DNA of 64,000 nucleotides from Eukaryota sp. GEM-RC1 (Eukaryota), in contig JAUFOQ010000002.1 in the NCBI GenBank assembly GCA_040285855.1, positions 558,001 through 622,000 on the forward strand, given 5' to 3'. The notes under the pieces are model-generated. The model was not told the origin of the DNA. It did not search any database and saw only the letters and a program-made list of their open reading frames with translations. The position numbers were made by a program, and so were the translations under genes. Below are positions 23,550-34,290 of this stretch, piece after piece; within the stretch, counting starts at the first letter, position 1; each line of letters opens with the position of its first letter.

Positions 23550-23825
23550 GGATTTCGAAGAACTGTGTAAGGAAAAGAAGGCTAAATTTAAAATGACTGA
23601 ATGTAAAAACCGTATTGTGTTTTCCATATATCGGAATATGACTTTCTATTTCTCTCGATTAGTTGAGAAAATGTACAAGTTTGGTGTGAAGGAAAATGTT
23701 GAAAAACGTAATCTTTTATCAGATGGAGATGAAGTCATTTGGAGTTAGTCTTAGTAATGTTTGTCTGTTTTTCCAATTTCATAATTTTGCAGGAAGGTTA
23801 ACTTATTGGGTACCGAATAAAGTTC
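23550..23825 (+). mobile_element. 3' fragment of RLE retroelement family A, preceded by a solo caggggtgagaaaa MITE end at 23459
   Basis: Nucleotide similarity to 8917-9187 (ggatttcgaagaa..tacaagtttggtgtgaagg..ttattgggt.ccgaataaa). Confidence 0.8.
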
Positions 23826-24372
23826 TACTTAGATGATACAATAGATAATTACATTACTGTACACGTATTGATTGCAATTAAAGCATAAAATTAATAAAAG
23901 AATTAATATACGAAAGAAATTGTCAAAATGGCAATCTAGTTGTAGTGTTCCGGACGATTTAAACAAGTCAACATTTGACTTCACGGTCGTTCTTTTCACA
24001 TCACTAATGTAAATGATCTGACTGTAATCGAAATGGAATCCTAAAACTTGATGAAAGCGATGCAAATCAAGTTTTGCTAAATCGGACTGCCATGAGCTTA
24101 TTGATTGACAACAGTTGTACATTGTTTTGCTGGGAATTTTGTATTTGAGTATATAATTCAATGAAATCCTTGACAAGTTTCCTGTAGATCTTAAATATTG
24201 AACTTACAAACTATTGTTTGTCTATATTACAGATGGTGAATACTGGTAATACTCACTTGCACGACTCACAGAACTATGAAGTTCGTCTAACACCAAATCT
24301 ATATACATTTACAAAGTGTCGACAACCACAAGACCACTGATTCATCCCAAACAATTTAAAAAAAATTAAAAA

Positions 24373-26271
24373 CTATACAATTTTTGAATTATTCCACGAA
24401 TCACTCCTAGATTTTGATTGCAGATGCCTATTCCGATGCCCCACCTCTGTCTGCTGAATATAATCAAAGATGGGTCGCACCCGACTCTTCTGCACTTGGT
24501 ATTTGGGCTTCAATATCAAAGACCAAGGAGTTGGAGCTCCTGAAGGTAACAAATCACTAAAGGTTAACCTCCTCTTTGCTGGACGTGCAGGACGTGGTGG
24601 AAGAGAAACAGTACCCGTCTGATATAGTGGAGATGCTTGGTTAATAGTAGATGATGATTCCGCAGCATACAAAGGTCTATTGACAGCGGGTGGGAGTCTA
24701 GGCCTAGGTTTTGGGTCAGTAGAAAGCTTCCCTTTTGAACTCTCATTATGATTAGAGTTAGATAAAACTGGGGTGGACACATTAGACAATTCCTTAGAGG
24801 GAGGAAGTGCAGAAGAAGAACTGGACCTCGCATTTCGTCTAAACACACCAGAATCCGGAGGTAAAGGACATGGAGGAGTTGGAACGATCCCAAGAGTGAT
24901 CTCTCTTGGAGTCGCTTGCATATCACCACTTCCACTTTTCAAAATCCCTTTAACTTGGTAATTAGACTGAGGCAATAGCTCTGAACTACATCTACCATTA
25001 GCGCTGCTATTACTACTGGAAAAAGTGACATCACCAGCTCTTTGGTTAACTTCACTTTGACCAAGTTTACTTGAAGGTTGAGTAGGGGTGGAGGTAGAAT
25101 CAGTATCTTCAGACTGGGCTGAGATAGCTTTCCTTATGAACTCTGGTTTTGACTTTGGTACTGGTGGAGGTAGGAAAGATGAATTAGCAACTGCTCGTTG
25201 ATTGACAGTTTTTAACTTGATGAATGAGAACTTCGTCAGAAACTTGACAGCGTCGTCTACAGATTTAAATTTTCCAAACATTAATTTAAAAGCAGTTATG
25301 AATCGTAGCGACTGAGACACGTGCCTTGCCAAAACAGGAAAGTGCTTATTCAACAATCGATCATCAACAGACAAAAACGACTGTCTGATTGACCTAAAAG
25401 ACTCTAAATCAGTAGTTCGATGGTACTTTTCTTCCAACGCGACCTTTCGTAGCTTCATTCCTTGTTCAAGTGAAAGAGGAATAACAAACAGAAGGAAAAC
25501 AGAATCGGAAACCTTCTCTCCAATCAATAAATTGGAACAATCAAGAGAAATTCGACATCCTTTGATGGATTCACAAAATTCTAAATAATTAAAATTTTCG
25601 TCAAAAGTAGAAACTTGATTGACTATAAAACAATCAGGAATAAACTGTACGGAAGGTCCTCCCAAGACTAAGTGGCAACCAGTGGTAGTACAAAGAGTCG
25701 AGAATGATTCCATTAAGGAAAAGTTACGGAATAGAGGAAATAAAACTCTTAAAACGTATTCTGATAACTGGGGGTAAAATAAAAGATAATCGAGCTCGAT
25801 TAGACTGTCACTCGAATTGCTGATTAGTTTGTGGAGGTCATGCAGTTTTGATAGGCAACTTGTAGAGCTTCGACCTTTAAGTGTCGGTTCTTCTATATCT
25901 TCTATTTCTTGAGCCACTGAATAAGTAGAGAGATTCAGAGAGAGACATGAGTTATCTTCCTCAATCCGTTCATCGATGAAAGAGGAATAGAGTTGGAGGA
26001 GAGAGGATGAGAGGAAATGTGCGAATGAGAGGGAAAGACAAGCTTGTGTTTCAGGTGCAGTGCTGGTGAGACAGCAAAAGACTGATTTGTTAAACGAAGT
26101 GTATACTACAAAAGAGGAAAACCGTAAAGAAAAAGAATCAGATTCAAAGAAAGATTGTGTGGTGAGTACCACATCAATGAGCGATTTGTATTTTACAGGG
26201 GTGGCGTCAGGTAAAGCGAGAGCTAAGATGCAGTGTCCACTTGTTGTTGACAGAATGACATGATGAAACAT
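24373..26271 (-). CDS. Hypothetical protein: folded N-terminal half (possibly longin-like) and Ser/Pro-rich disordered C-terminal half
   Basis: Uninterrupted 632-aa ORF. Confidence 0.6.
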   Translation of the reverse strand: MFHHVILSTTSGHCILALALPDATPVKYKSLIDVVLTTQSFFESDSFSLRFSSFVVYTSFNKSVFCCLTSTAPETQACLSLSFAHFLSSSLLQLYSSFIDERIEEDNSCLSLNLSTYSVAQEIEDIEEPTLKGRSSTSCLSKLHDLHKLISNSSDSLIELDYLLFYPQLSEYVLRVLFPLFRNFSLMESFSTLCTTTGCHLVLGGPSVQFIPDCFIVNQVSTFDENFNYLEFCESIKGCRISLDCSNLLIGEKVSDSVFLLFVIPLSLEQGMKLRKVALEEKYHRTTDLESFRSIRQSFLSVDDRLLNKHFPVLARHVSQSLRFITAFKLMFGKFKSVDDAVKFLTKFSFIKLKTVNQRAVANSSFLPPPVPKSKPEFIRKAISAQSEDTDSTSTPTQPSSKLGQSEVNQRAGDVTFSSSNSSANGRCSSELLPQSNYQVKGILKSGSGDMQATPREITLGIVPTPPCPLPPDSGVFRRNARSSSSSALPPSKELSNVSTPVLSNSNHNESSKGKLSTDPKPRPRLPPAVNRPLYAAESSSTINQASPLYQTGTVSLPPRPARPAKRRLTFSDLLPSGAPTPWSLILKPKYQVQKSRVRPIFDYIQQTEVGHRNRHLQSKSRSDSWNNSKIV

Positions 26272-26331
26272 TCATTCGAGGAGGATTACAATTTGACATT
26301 TGTATTGTTACTCTCAACTTTCAGGTCATTG

Positions 26332-27751
26332 ATGTCCCAGCTTCAGAATAGGGAATGGTGTCCTGCTAGAGTTCGTTCATGTCTTCTTTCTCGTATTGGT
26401 AAAAGTAACATCTCTTCTACTGCTACCTCTCTTCGCAATTCTCTTCTTCCTCTATTCAAAGTTGCTTACGAAAACTCTTTTATCCCTGATGACCCAAAAC
26501 CTCCGCCTCCTGAACCTCCAAAAGTACTTGAAGAAGTTGAAGAGTTTTACGACTATGATTACGACACAGAAACTGAACCAAGTGATGATGAACCCTCCAT
26601 AAACACTCCTAGACCAGTTGAAACTCCTACTCCCAAGGCCTCTTCTACTCAAGATCTTTCTTCTCTTCCCAGACATTCTCTCTATGCTAAGATAGTACCA
26701 AGAACATGGTACTTCAACTCTTTGCTGAGGTGGTTTTGTCTTGCTTACGTTTCTATCAAGAACCTATTTCATTGGAATTTCTTCAAAATGCTCTTCAAAA
26801 CGTGAAACTGATTAATAAAGCACGTAATATTCCACTGCCAGTCAAGGAAGTCACCACTACCTGGAGAAACTATATTAAAAATTCATTAAAGAAGTATGAA
26901 GATATCTTCATTTACTCTGAACTGATCGATGGTACTCGCTGTTACTTCCTCACTCCCAAAGGTAGAGATGCTTTCACTGTCATTGGGGCTAACCATGGGT
27001 CTCACGAAGGGTGTTTGTTTGCTAAGGAAACTGCTCGGACTAAGATAAAGGTGGATCTGTTACCTCCAAAGTATGTGCCGGAAGATTTTCAATATATTAC
27101 TATTTTTGAACTTTTGGGTGAACCTGTGCCCCCGTTTAAAAATTCCAGAAGCAATTCTAAGAAGAGAGAAAGAAAAGGAAGAGAGAAAGGTCAAGATGGA
27201 AAAGAACGGGAAGACAAGAAGAAGAGAGAATTAGAGAAGAAAGAACAAGAAAAAAAGGCGGCAAAATCACTGAAAACTCCAAAGTCAAAGCTGATTATAC
27301 AGGGATTAGATGGTGATTTAGTGCTAAAACCAGGAAGTAAACGATCATGTACCAAGCTGAGATCATCGCTACTCTCTCCTATTCACTACGTCTCCCCTCC
27401 AGTGTCAAAAAGACCCAGGAGAGGAAAAGAAGTTAAACGTGAAGTCCTTGAAAGTCAATTGACTTCCTTTGAAGAGGATGATGATTATGATTACGTGGTT
27501 CCTGTGATTGAGAATCTAACTGAGAAGATTTCTAGTAGAATTCTTGATGTTCCGTTCATCAAAAGTTCTTAAAAACTCTGTCTGCTGAAGAATTGTCTAT
27601 TCTTGGTTCTTTACTTCCTCCTCCGGACTCCATAAGTAATTCTTTTGGAGTTGAGAAGTTGTTCAAAGGTAACAAGTACCTGCGGCAGACCTTGACTTCT
27701 TTTTCAGATGAGTTTATAAGGAGTGTGATTGGGGATGATAATCTGTTGTAA
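26332..27751 (+). CDS. Probable nuclear protein with a winged-helix-like segment and a C-terminal DEUBAD-like segment (ASXL/NFRKB-like; tentative)
   Basis: ORFs 26260-26805 and 26706-27572, plus a tail to TAA 27749-27751, join by two single-base additions. The tail reads ILDVPFIKKFLKTLSAEELSILGSLLPPPD..VEKLFKGNKYLRQTLTSF. Confidence 0.4.
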
Positions 27752-27945
27752 TTTTTTGGAAAATAATTCAGTTTTTTCTTGCGAAATTGTTATGTATTAT
27801 GTGTATTCTGTATTGTGTTTTATTCCTAGTTTGTTGACCTACTAGTCATGACGCCTCCGCTCTTATTTCAATGTCTTTAATGTAAATAAAACAGTTGATC
27901 TATTACTCGAATTGTTTATCAACACGAACAAATCCTTCAAAATCC

Positions 27946-28482
27946 CTAATCAATAATACCATCTCTAAGGTCTGTCATCTTTCTACGTAAGTCTGGTTTG
28001 TAAAAGATGGAATGGCATAGACACAGGAAAGCTCCGAATCCCATCCATTTAAGAGTTGTAATGACGGCCTTTATTTTGTTGGGAACGAAGACCGAGAGAA
28101 CAAGTGAGGCGACGAGAACAAGATGTTGAGGTTCAACACGGAAGGATCCAATGCAAAAGACGTGTGATTTGGAGGAGCTGTCGACAAAGAGAAAGGTGGC
28201 AAATGCAATGGCAGTGAATATGAAGACCAATGGAAACTTCAAGACAGAGAGTAGTGCGCACACCAGAAGGACAAGTATATAGTTGCTGGAGAAATACTTG
28301 CAGTTGTTGTTAATGAGTCTCTTTGAATCTCCTTTTGGCATTCCAAATCTCCTGAAGAAATCACTAGGAGAGCGGAGGTCCTTCAAAAACTGAGAGGTGA
28401 AGTACTGGAGGTCTGAAAGAACTGAAAGGGACATTTGGGGGTGCTTAAAATATTCAGTTTTTTCTGAGTTCACGAATCCCAT
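27946..28482 (-). CDS. PRA1-family prenylated Rab acceptor membrane protein
   Basis: LRSPSDFF..F..P..RLINNNCKYFSSNY, followed by two hydrophobic hairpins and a C-terminal LCHSIF. Confidence 0.8.
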   Translation of the reverse strand: MGFVNSEKTEYFKHPQMSLSVLSDLQYFTSQFLKDLRSPSDFFRRFGMPKGDSKRLINNNCKYFSSNYILVLLVCALLSVLKFPLVFIFTAIAFATFLFVDSSSKSHVFCIGSFRVEPQHLVLVASLVLSVFVPNKIKAVITTLKWMGFGAFLCLCHSIFYKPDLRRKMTDLRDGIID

Positions 28483-28741
28483 AGCACTAATTCTGGTTCT
28501 TTTGAATCAAAACGTTGTACCAGTACGACGTATTGATGAATTGTAAACCCCATGTTTAATTAAAACATAGCTAAAACAAATACATTTTCTAGAGCAATTC
28601 TATTTCAACGACAACTACGAAAACACACATATTAGTGTAACAAATATTTGTAATCAATGATGAGTGTTGCTGTAAAATCTCATTCATTTAATTTAAAAAA
28701 CCCGAAAGTTAGAGAACTACCAACGATTATATACACAATGC

Positions 28742-29341
28742 TTATAGATTAAACCTGTTCTTGAAATCCAGTCCAAAAGCAAATGAAAGCAACCTAGACT
28801 CAATAAGCAAACCTTCTGTCTTGGCTAAGTGCTCTAGTTGTGTATACAGGTCGTCCAAGGGAATAATTAGCACTTCAATATTCTCAGCTTCCTCCAGTTC
28901 TTGGTTTACACAAGAGGACTGGTCATCACCATTAACTCGCATAACTTGAATAGACCCCAAACTAGAAGAAAGAGAAGGTCCACTCGCAAAGATACAACTG
29001 GTGTGAACAACTTCACCCACATATCCAGTTTCTTCTTGTAACTCCCGGACTGCAGTGGATTTAGGGTCCTCGTTGTTGTCAATGAGACCGGCAGGCCATT
29101 CAATGACTACTAAATTTGTAGCAGGTCGAAACTGTTTTATCAGAATGATTTGTGTGCATTGCTTGCTTTCTGGATATTGGATAAGTGCCAGTATTTCAGT
29201 TCCAGATAGGTCAGATTTAGAATGTGTTGTACGTTCTATTGCTTCCCAGGTATAAGTGTTATCACCATTTTGACAAGCTAGTTCTACAAAGCGTACCCAC
29301 TTGCCTTCATGAACAACAGTGCGAGAAAGAACTTTTGACAT
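28742..29341 (-). CDS. Nudix hydrolase, ADP-ribose pyrophosphatase (NUDT5/Ysa1-like)
   Basis: WEAIERTT, KQFRPA, IEWPAGLID, and Nudix box AVRELQEETGY. Confidence 0.9.
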   Translation of the reverse strand: MSKVLSRTVVHEGKWVRFVELACQNGDNTYTWEAIERTTHSKSDLSGTEILALIQYPESKQCTQIILIKQFRPATNLVVIEWPAGLIDNNEDPKSTAVRELQEETGYVGEVVHTSCIFASGPSLSSSLGSIQVMRVNGDDQSSCVNQELEEAENIEVLIIPLDDLYTQLEHLAKTEGLLIESRLLSFAFGLDFKNRFNL

Positions 29342-29807
29342 CAAATACGTTGTATTGTATTTTAGGAGAGATCTTCTTTTCTTGAGATTTTCTTGAAGAC
29401 TTCTTTTACATCACAATGTGTTTGACTTGGGATCTTCTTCATTCACACGAAGATTTTCAATCTCTTCCCCGAAAACCCTCAGAAGACTCAAAAGTACGTG
29501 CTGTATGGAGATATTTCTTAGGACTTAGTCAAGAAGATACTGCCAGGATCTTCTGAAATACAACATTTGTAATGACAACCATTTCATTCCTTCTAACATC
29601 AAGAAAGATTACCGAGATTTTTTTAACCAAAATTAAAACATTCAGTCTTGTGATAAATGACTCGTATCTGTCTTCACTAATCAATGTGTTAACCCAGCTA
29701 AGAAAGATATTCACTATTAATGTCTAGAGTTGACTGAAAAGAACACCTTCGATCTTTTGAATTGTTGACTATTTTATATTTGAATTTACAAAACTACAAG
29801 TGCTTTT

Positions 29808-29956
29808 TGTAACACAAAATGTGTTTTACAAGATTTGTAATACAAGATGTGTAACACAAGATGTGTAACACAACATTTGTAATACAAGATCTGTAACACA
29901 AGATCTGTAACACAACATTTGTAACACAAGATGTGTAATACAAGATGTGTTTTACA
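29808..29956. repeat. Tandem array of 11 x 14-bp units, consensus tgtaacacaagatg; the last unit is split by a MITE
   Basis: Units read directly: tgtaacacaaaatg, tgttttacaagatt, tgtaatacaagatg, tgtaacacaagatg, tgtaacacaacatt, and so on. Confidence 0.9.
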
Positions 29957-30447
29957 CAGTGTTCGATATTTCCCACGTGTTTTTTAAAAGACACCGTGTC
30001 GGTGTTAACACGCGTGTCCACACGGTGTTTTTGATGTGTCTTTTGGGTGTTTTTGCGTGTTTTTTTGAAAAACATTTCTGTTCCATGGGGGAGAGTTTGA
30101 CTATCAAAATATTCTTTTGGGCCAATTCTTGCCTTTATCTGACATCCCATCACTGAATCTTGAATTGGGTGGTTCTGTTGAGTTGAATTGGAGTTCTAGT
30201 TTTGTTTGACAGTGCATCATGTCAGTATTTTTGCCACTTTTTGTTGGTATTGTAGTCTACTGTGGTATAACATATAGAAAAACATTCAAGTCGAACAATA
30301 CCGAGGGAAATAGGTACTTTCGACGTTTTCTATGTTTTTGTAGAAAAACACGTCCACACGCGGTGTCTTTTTGCGTGTCTTTTTGCGTGTTTTTGAAAAG
30401 ACACCGTGTCCGTGTCCAAACGTGTCCACGCGTGTCTTCGAACACTG
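29957..30447. mobile_element. 491-bp hAT-type MITE
   Basis: TIR cagtgttcga / tcgaacactg; TSD gttttaca at 29949-29956 and 30448-30455; cgtgt/acacg subterminal repeats. Confidence 0.9.
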
Positions 30448-30511
30448 GTTTTACAAGATGAAACTATCAAAATTACCTATATTGTCCAATCTTTTCAAAA
30501 TTAAATATAAT

Positions 30512-32940
30512 TCAAATAAAACACACATTACCAGTCTTTTCATCATTTTTCAAATACTCTTTCAAAACATGAAACAATTCCACAAGAACATCACTACAAT
30601 AACGTTCATCAACATTATCCTTATTAATCACATCGGTAATGTAACAGTTTCTTACTGTTTTCACTTCCATACTTGATGCAGATTCAGATTCAATACAATC
30701 TAGTACATTATCGACAATTGACTGAATTCCAATAGTTAAGTCCACTCTCAATTGTTTTGAAGTAGCAGCACGATTATACTCCAAAATAGGAGACAATGAT
30801 ATTGTTTCATAATTCACATTGTCAGTTTGTTGATATTCACGTATGGAATCACATTTTTCATTTTCAAAGCTTTCAGTCTGAACTTCCTTGAGACAAAATC
30901 GTTTTTCATCATCAATACGAGGAAATACTTGGGAACTTTTTCTTTCTACACCAGCATTAATATTTTTTTGTAATAATAAATTCTTCGTTGGTAAAGGGGT
31001 TTTCTTCAAACGGGGAAGCGATGGTAGAGTAATGTTGCCTCGTGGTAATTGAGGAAGTTTAGACTTATTGACACAAATATCAGGTGATTTTTTGTTAAAA
31101 ATTGAGTCACAATTAATAAATTTGGGAGGAATATTAGTTTCATCTTCAAGTTCATCATTTACAACATAATCATCCAAACTTGTTGAAATTGTATCACTAT
31201 CAGATTCATCACCAGAATCAGATCCTGATAGTAGTGCTTCTGTTTCAAATAAATTTGATTTGTCTAAATGATTTAAACGATTTTTTCCAAGTCAATAATT
31301 TGATTAACATTATCAACAATAACTTCATCAACAACTTCATCAACACAATGAACAATTTCAGGAACAACAATATCATCCATAATTGATACACTCGATTCTG
31401 CACAAAAGTTCGCAAACAATGAATTTAAATGATTGAAATCTCGTTGAAGATAATGTTGATTTCCCAAAACATACAAATCAATGGTGGATGGCTTAACAGG
31501 ATGAAAAGTTGAATAATACCATTGGTACAATTCCAAATTTGGTACCGGATAACTTCTTCCAATGCTGAAAAACTTTAAACTCCTCCAAGACCTAACCCTA
31601 CTTAAGGTCACATAAAGTTGGGCATATTCCCAAAACTGAATAGCAACTTCAATCCCATCAATTGTTAAACCTTGGGATCGATGCACTGTTATTGCCCAGC
31701 AAGGTCTTAGCGGAAACTGAATTCTTTTCGCCACTTGAACAGGTCTTCCGATTTCGTTCAAATGTTCGATAGCAAACCTTGACTGACTGATTCTTTTCGG
31801 TTCTGCTTCAGCGTTGATCCGAACATCAATATATGAATCTGAAAAATTAACAATAACTCCTTTTGAACCATTAACTAGTCCAAGTTCAGGCTTATTTTGA
31901 GTGTACATCACTTGTCCACCCACAACACAGTCTAGTTTTTTTTCAGCAAAGTCATCCAAGCGACTTGTCAGGACCGAAGTTTCAATGTCATAATATTTTT
32001 CCAAATTAGATTCATTGACTGGAAATCTAAAACTTCTTTTTCTAATTTGAGATTTTAATTCAGATTCATTGAATTGGTCAACAGCTACAAATTCAATTGA
32101 ATCTGAATTTTTGGCCAGAATTTTGAATTGGTTAAAATTTTCCTCAGCAACATCAGTATTCCTTCCGTATAAAACTGTTGGGTTTTCAACAGATTCTGCT
32201 GTTTCGAAATGAGTACGCAGAATTGATTTCATAAAATTATTAAAAAGACCCAATCTTGATTGATTCAGAAAATTAAAAAATTGGGAATCTGATTGCTGTC
32301 GAATAGTACCAGTCAGTTCACAATATTTAAAATTTGAACTGTTCCAAGCACTTGATGAAAAAGCGAAATCAGAAATTACCACTTTTCGATTTCCTTTTCC
32401 ATCAAGACTTTTCACAACAGGGGCTAATTGAAGAAAGTCCCCAAAACAAATTATCTGAATTCCTCCAAATGGTTTCTTCGGGGAGTGACATTTTGGAGTG
32501 TACATAAGCTCACTCAAAATGTCACTCGCCCGTTGAAACAATTTGGAGGACAACATTGAAATTTCATCAATGATTAACATTGAATTTTTTGGAGTAATTT
32601 TTTTTAACAAAATTCTGACATTTGATGGCATACATTTGATAACATCATGTATGGATTCTTCTTCTTTCATAAACTTATAACCAAACAGTGAGTGTATGGT
32701 CTGTTCACCAAAAACAGTTGAGGCAACCCCAGTTGTTGCAGTGAAGAAAATTTCACCATTAGCACGCATGAGACAAGATCCGACGGTACTCCACCAGTTT
32801 TTGAGAGCATGTAAAAGATAAGATTTTCCTGATCCTGCACTGCCAGTGACAAAGAAGTTGGGTCTGCTAGTAGTGATTGCGTTAAAGATATCACGTTGGT
32901 CATCTGTGAGATTGATGTTGTGTATAGTGGTATCTAAGAA
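30512..32940 (-). CDS. Pif1-family 5'-3' DNA helicase, apparently 5'-truncated, with an acidic C-terminal extension
   Basis: The frame of ORF 31273-32769 stays open upstream and reads LTDDQRDIFNAITTSRPNFFVTGSAGSGKS (Walker A). It continues with TATTGVAS, TIHS, IIDEISML, PFGGIQIICFGDFLQLAPV, RQQSD, LVNGSKG, QFPLRPCWAITVHRSQGLT, QLYVTLSRV. One added A near 31281-31286 joins it to ORF 30512-31177. There is no ATG upstream of Walker A. Confidence 0.9.
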
Positions 32941-32942
32941 TC

Positions 32943-33899
32943 TATCTAAGAAAGGACCATCAAAGAACCTACCAAAGACAGGACCAACTCAAAAAATACC
33001 TGCTGCAGCTGAAGGTCTGTATGAAGAGAAATTTTTTAGACGTAGACGCTTTACCCAATATTCAAGAAAAGAACGAAGTGAACAAAACTTGGTCCACAGA
33101 TTAGCTCTCCAATATGGTGATCCAGATGAAGTCGTTGTTGGTTTTGGGGATTGGAATGACACTCTATTCCGAAGAAGAAGGGGTAAGGCAAGTACAGTAA
33201 AAGGCGCTACTCTTCGAAACTTACTAAGAAAATTTGGATTTAAAGTTTTCTTAGTTGATGAATTCTATGACAAGCAAATGTTGCTCTGCTTGTGCTGCTG
33301 AAAACCAGGAAGGTATCTGTTCTAATCCTGACTTTGTCAAAGTCATTGATCCTCTGTGGAAGAAGAAGTTACAGAAGGAGGAGAAGAAATTGAAAAAAGA
33401 AATTATTGAACACAATCAATTAGACAATTTTGTGAAACGTAATTTTGAATATGAATGGACCAAACAGTTGCCATTCATGAAAGCAAGGTTGAAGAGCAAC
33501 AAAGTCTCACCATGGGGCTTAGTTCAGTGTGCTAAATGTCATGTCCTCTGGAATAGAGACTTCAACTCTGCTATTAACATTTATAACATTGTAAATGGAA
33601 TTATCCAAGGTCAAGGTAGACCTGCTGTCCTCGAGAGACCAAAATCTCAAACAATAACTATCGAGGATGGCGGGAATACAGATCAGGTTCCCAAGAAGAA
33701 GAGTGTGAGTAAGTGTCAGTTTTGTCATATGGAAAATCATACAACGGCAAACTGTCCTCAAAGACCTGTACCTCCTAAAAGTTCTCGTACATGTACGATA
33801 TGTAGACAACCAGGACATGATAGAAGAAATTGCCCAAGTAAGGTCCAGAAAGATGCACCCAAAGACTCACAAGTAGAGAACGAAGAACGGGAATCCTGA
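32943..33899 (+). pseudogene. C-terminal half of a Fanzor1-like nuclease with two appended CCHC zinc knuckles; 5' half missing, one frameshift near 33266
   Basis: LYEEKFFRRRRFTQY, VVVGFGDW, KGATLRNLLRKFGFKVFLVDEF / MTSKCCSAC, WGLVQCAKC, LWNRDFNSAINI, then CQFCHMENHTTANC and CTICRQPGHDRRNC. Confidence 0.85.
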
Positions 33900-34119
33900 A
33901 TCTTATAAGTTAGCTCGTCCTAAAAGGCTTGCAAATGAGTGGCACAATGTGTCAAACTGTGGTGATAATGCATATAGGTGTGAGTGTAAAATTATGCATT
34001 TGAAATGAAATCCACAGTAGGAGAGAAAAGACAATACCAGTACAATAAAACCATGACGGAATCCTTGTATCTTTTTTTACTAAAACTTTTTTATTTTTTT
34101 TATTGTAAATGTAATAGAT

Positions 34120-34290
34120 CAAGCAACTAGAATTTGATATCATTGAAACAACACCCGTTGCTATCAAACCTTACAACAGCTTTGTCCTCATAAAACGAAC
34201 TCACTGCTAATAAAGCTTTGGAGATGATTAGGGGAAAATCCCTGTATCTTGATGAAGATTGATTGATAGTCTCAGCGATAATTCCCACAA
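34120..34290 (-). mobile_element. 3' fragment of RLE retroelement family B
   Basis: Shares aatttgatatcat..aaacaacaccc..gctatc.aaccttacaacagctttgtcctcat with 39730-40215 and 45280-45665. Confidence 0.7.

Noticed and set aside
29808..29956. CRISPR-like array next to a TnpB-type nuclease
   Set aside because: The units are contiguous 14-mers with no unique spacers.
29794..30676. Short ORFs over the tandem array and the MITE
   Set aside because: They are translations of repetitive non-coding DNA.
30512..32940. Calling the Pif1 locus a Helitron
   Set aside because: No HUH/Rep motifs and no clear 5'-TC / 3'-hairpin-CTRR ends are visible; the missing 5' region prevents classification.
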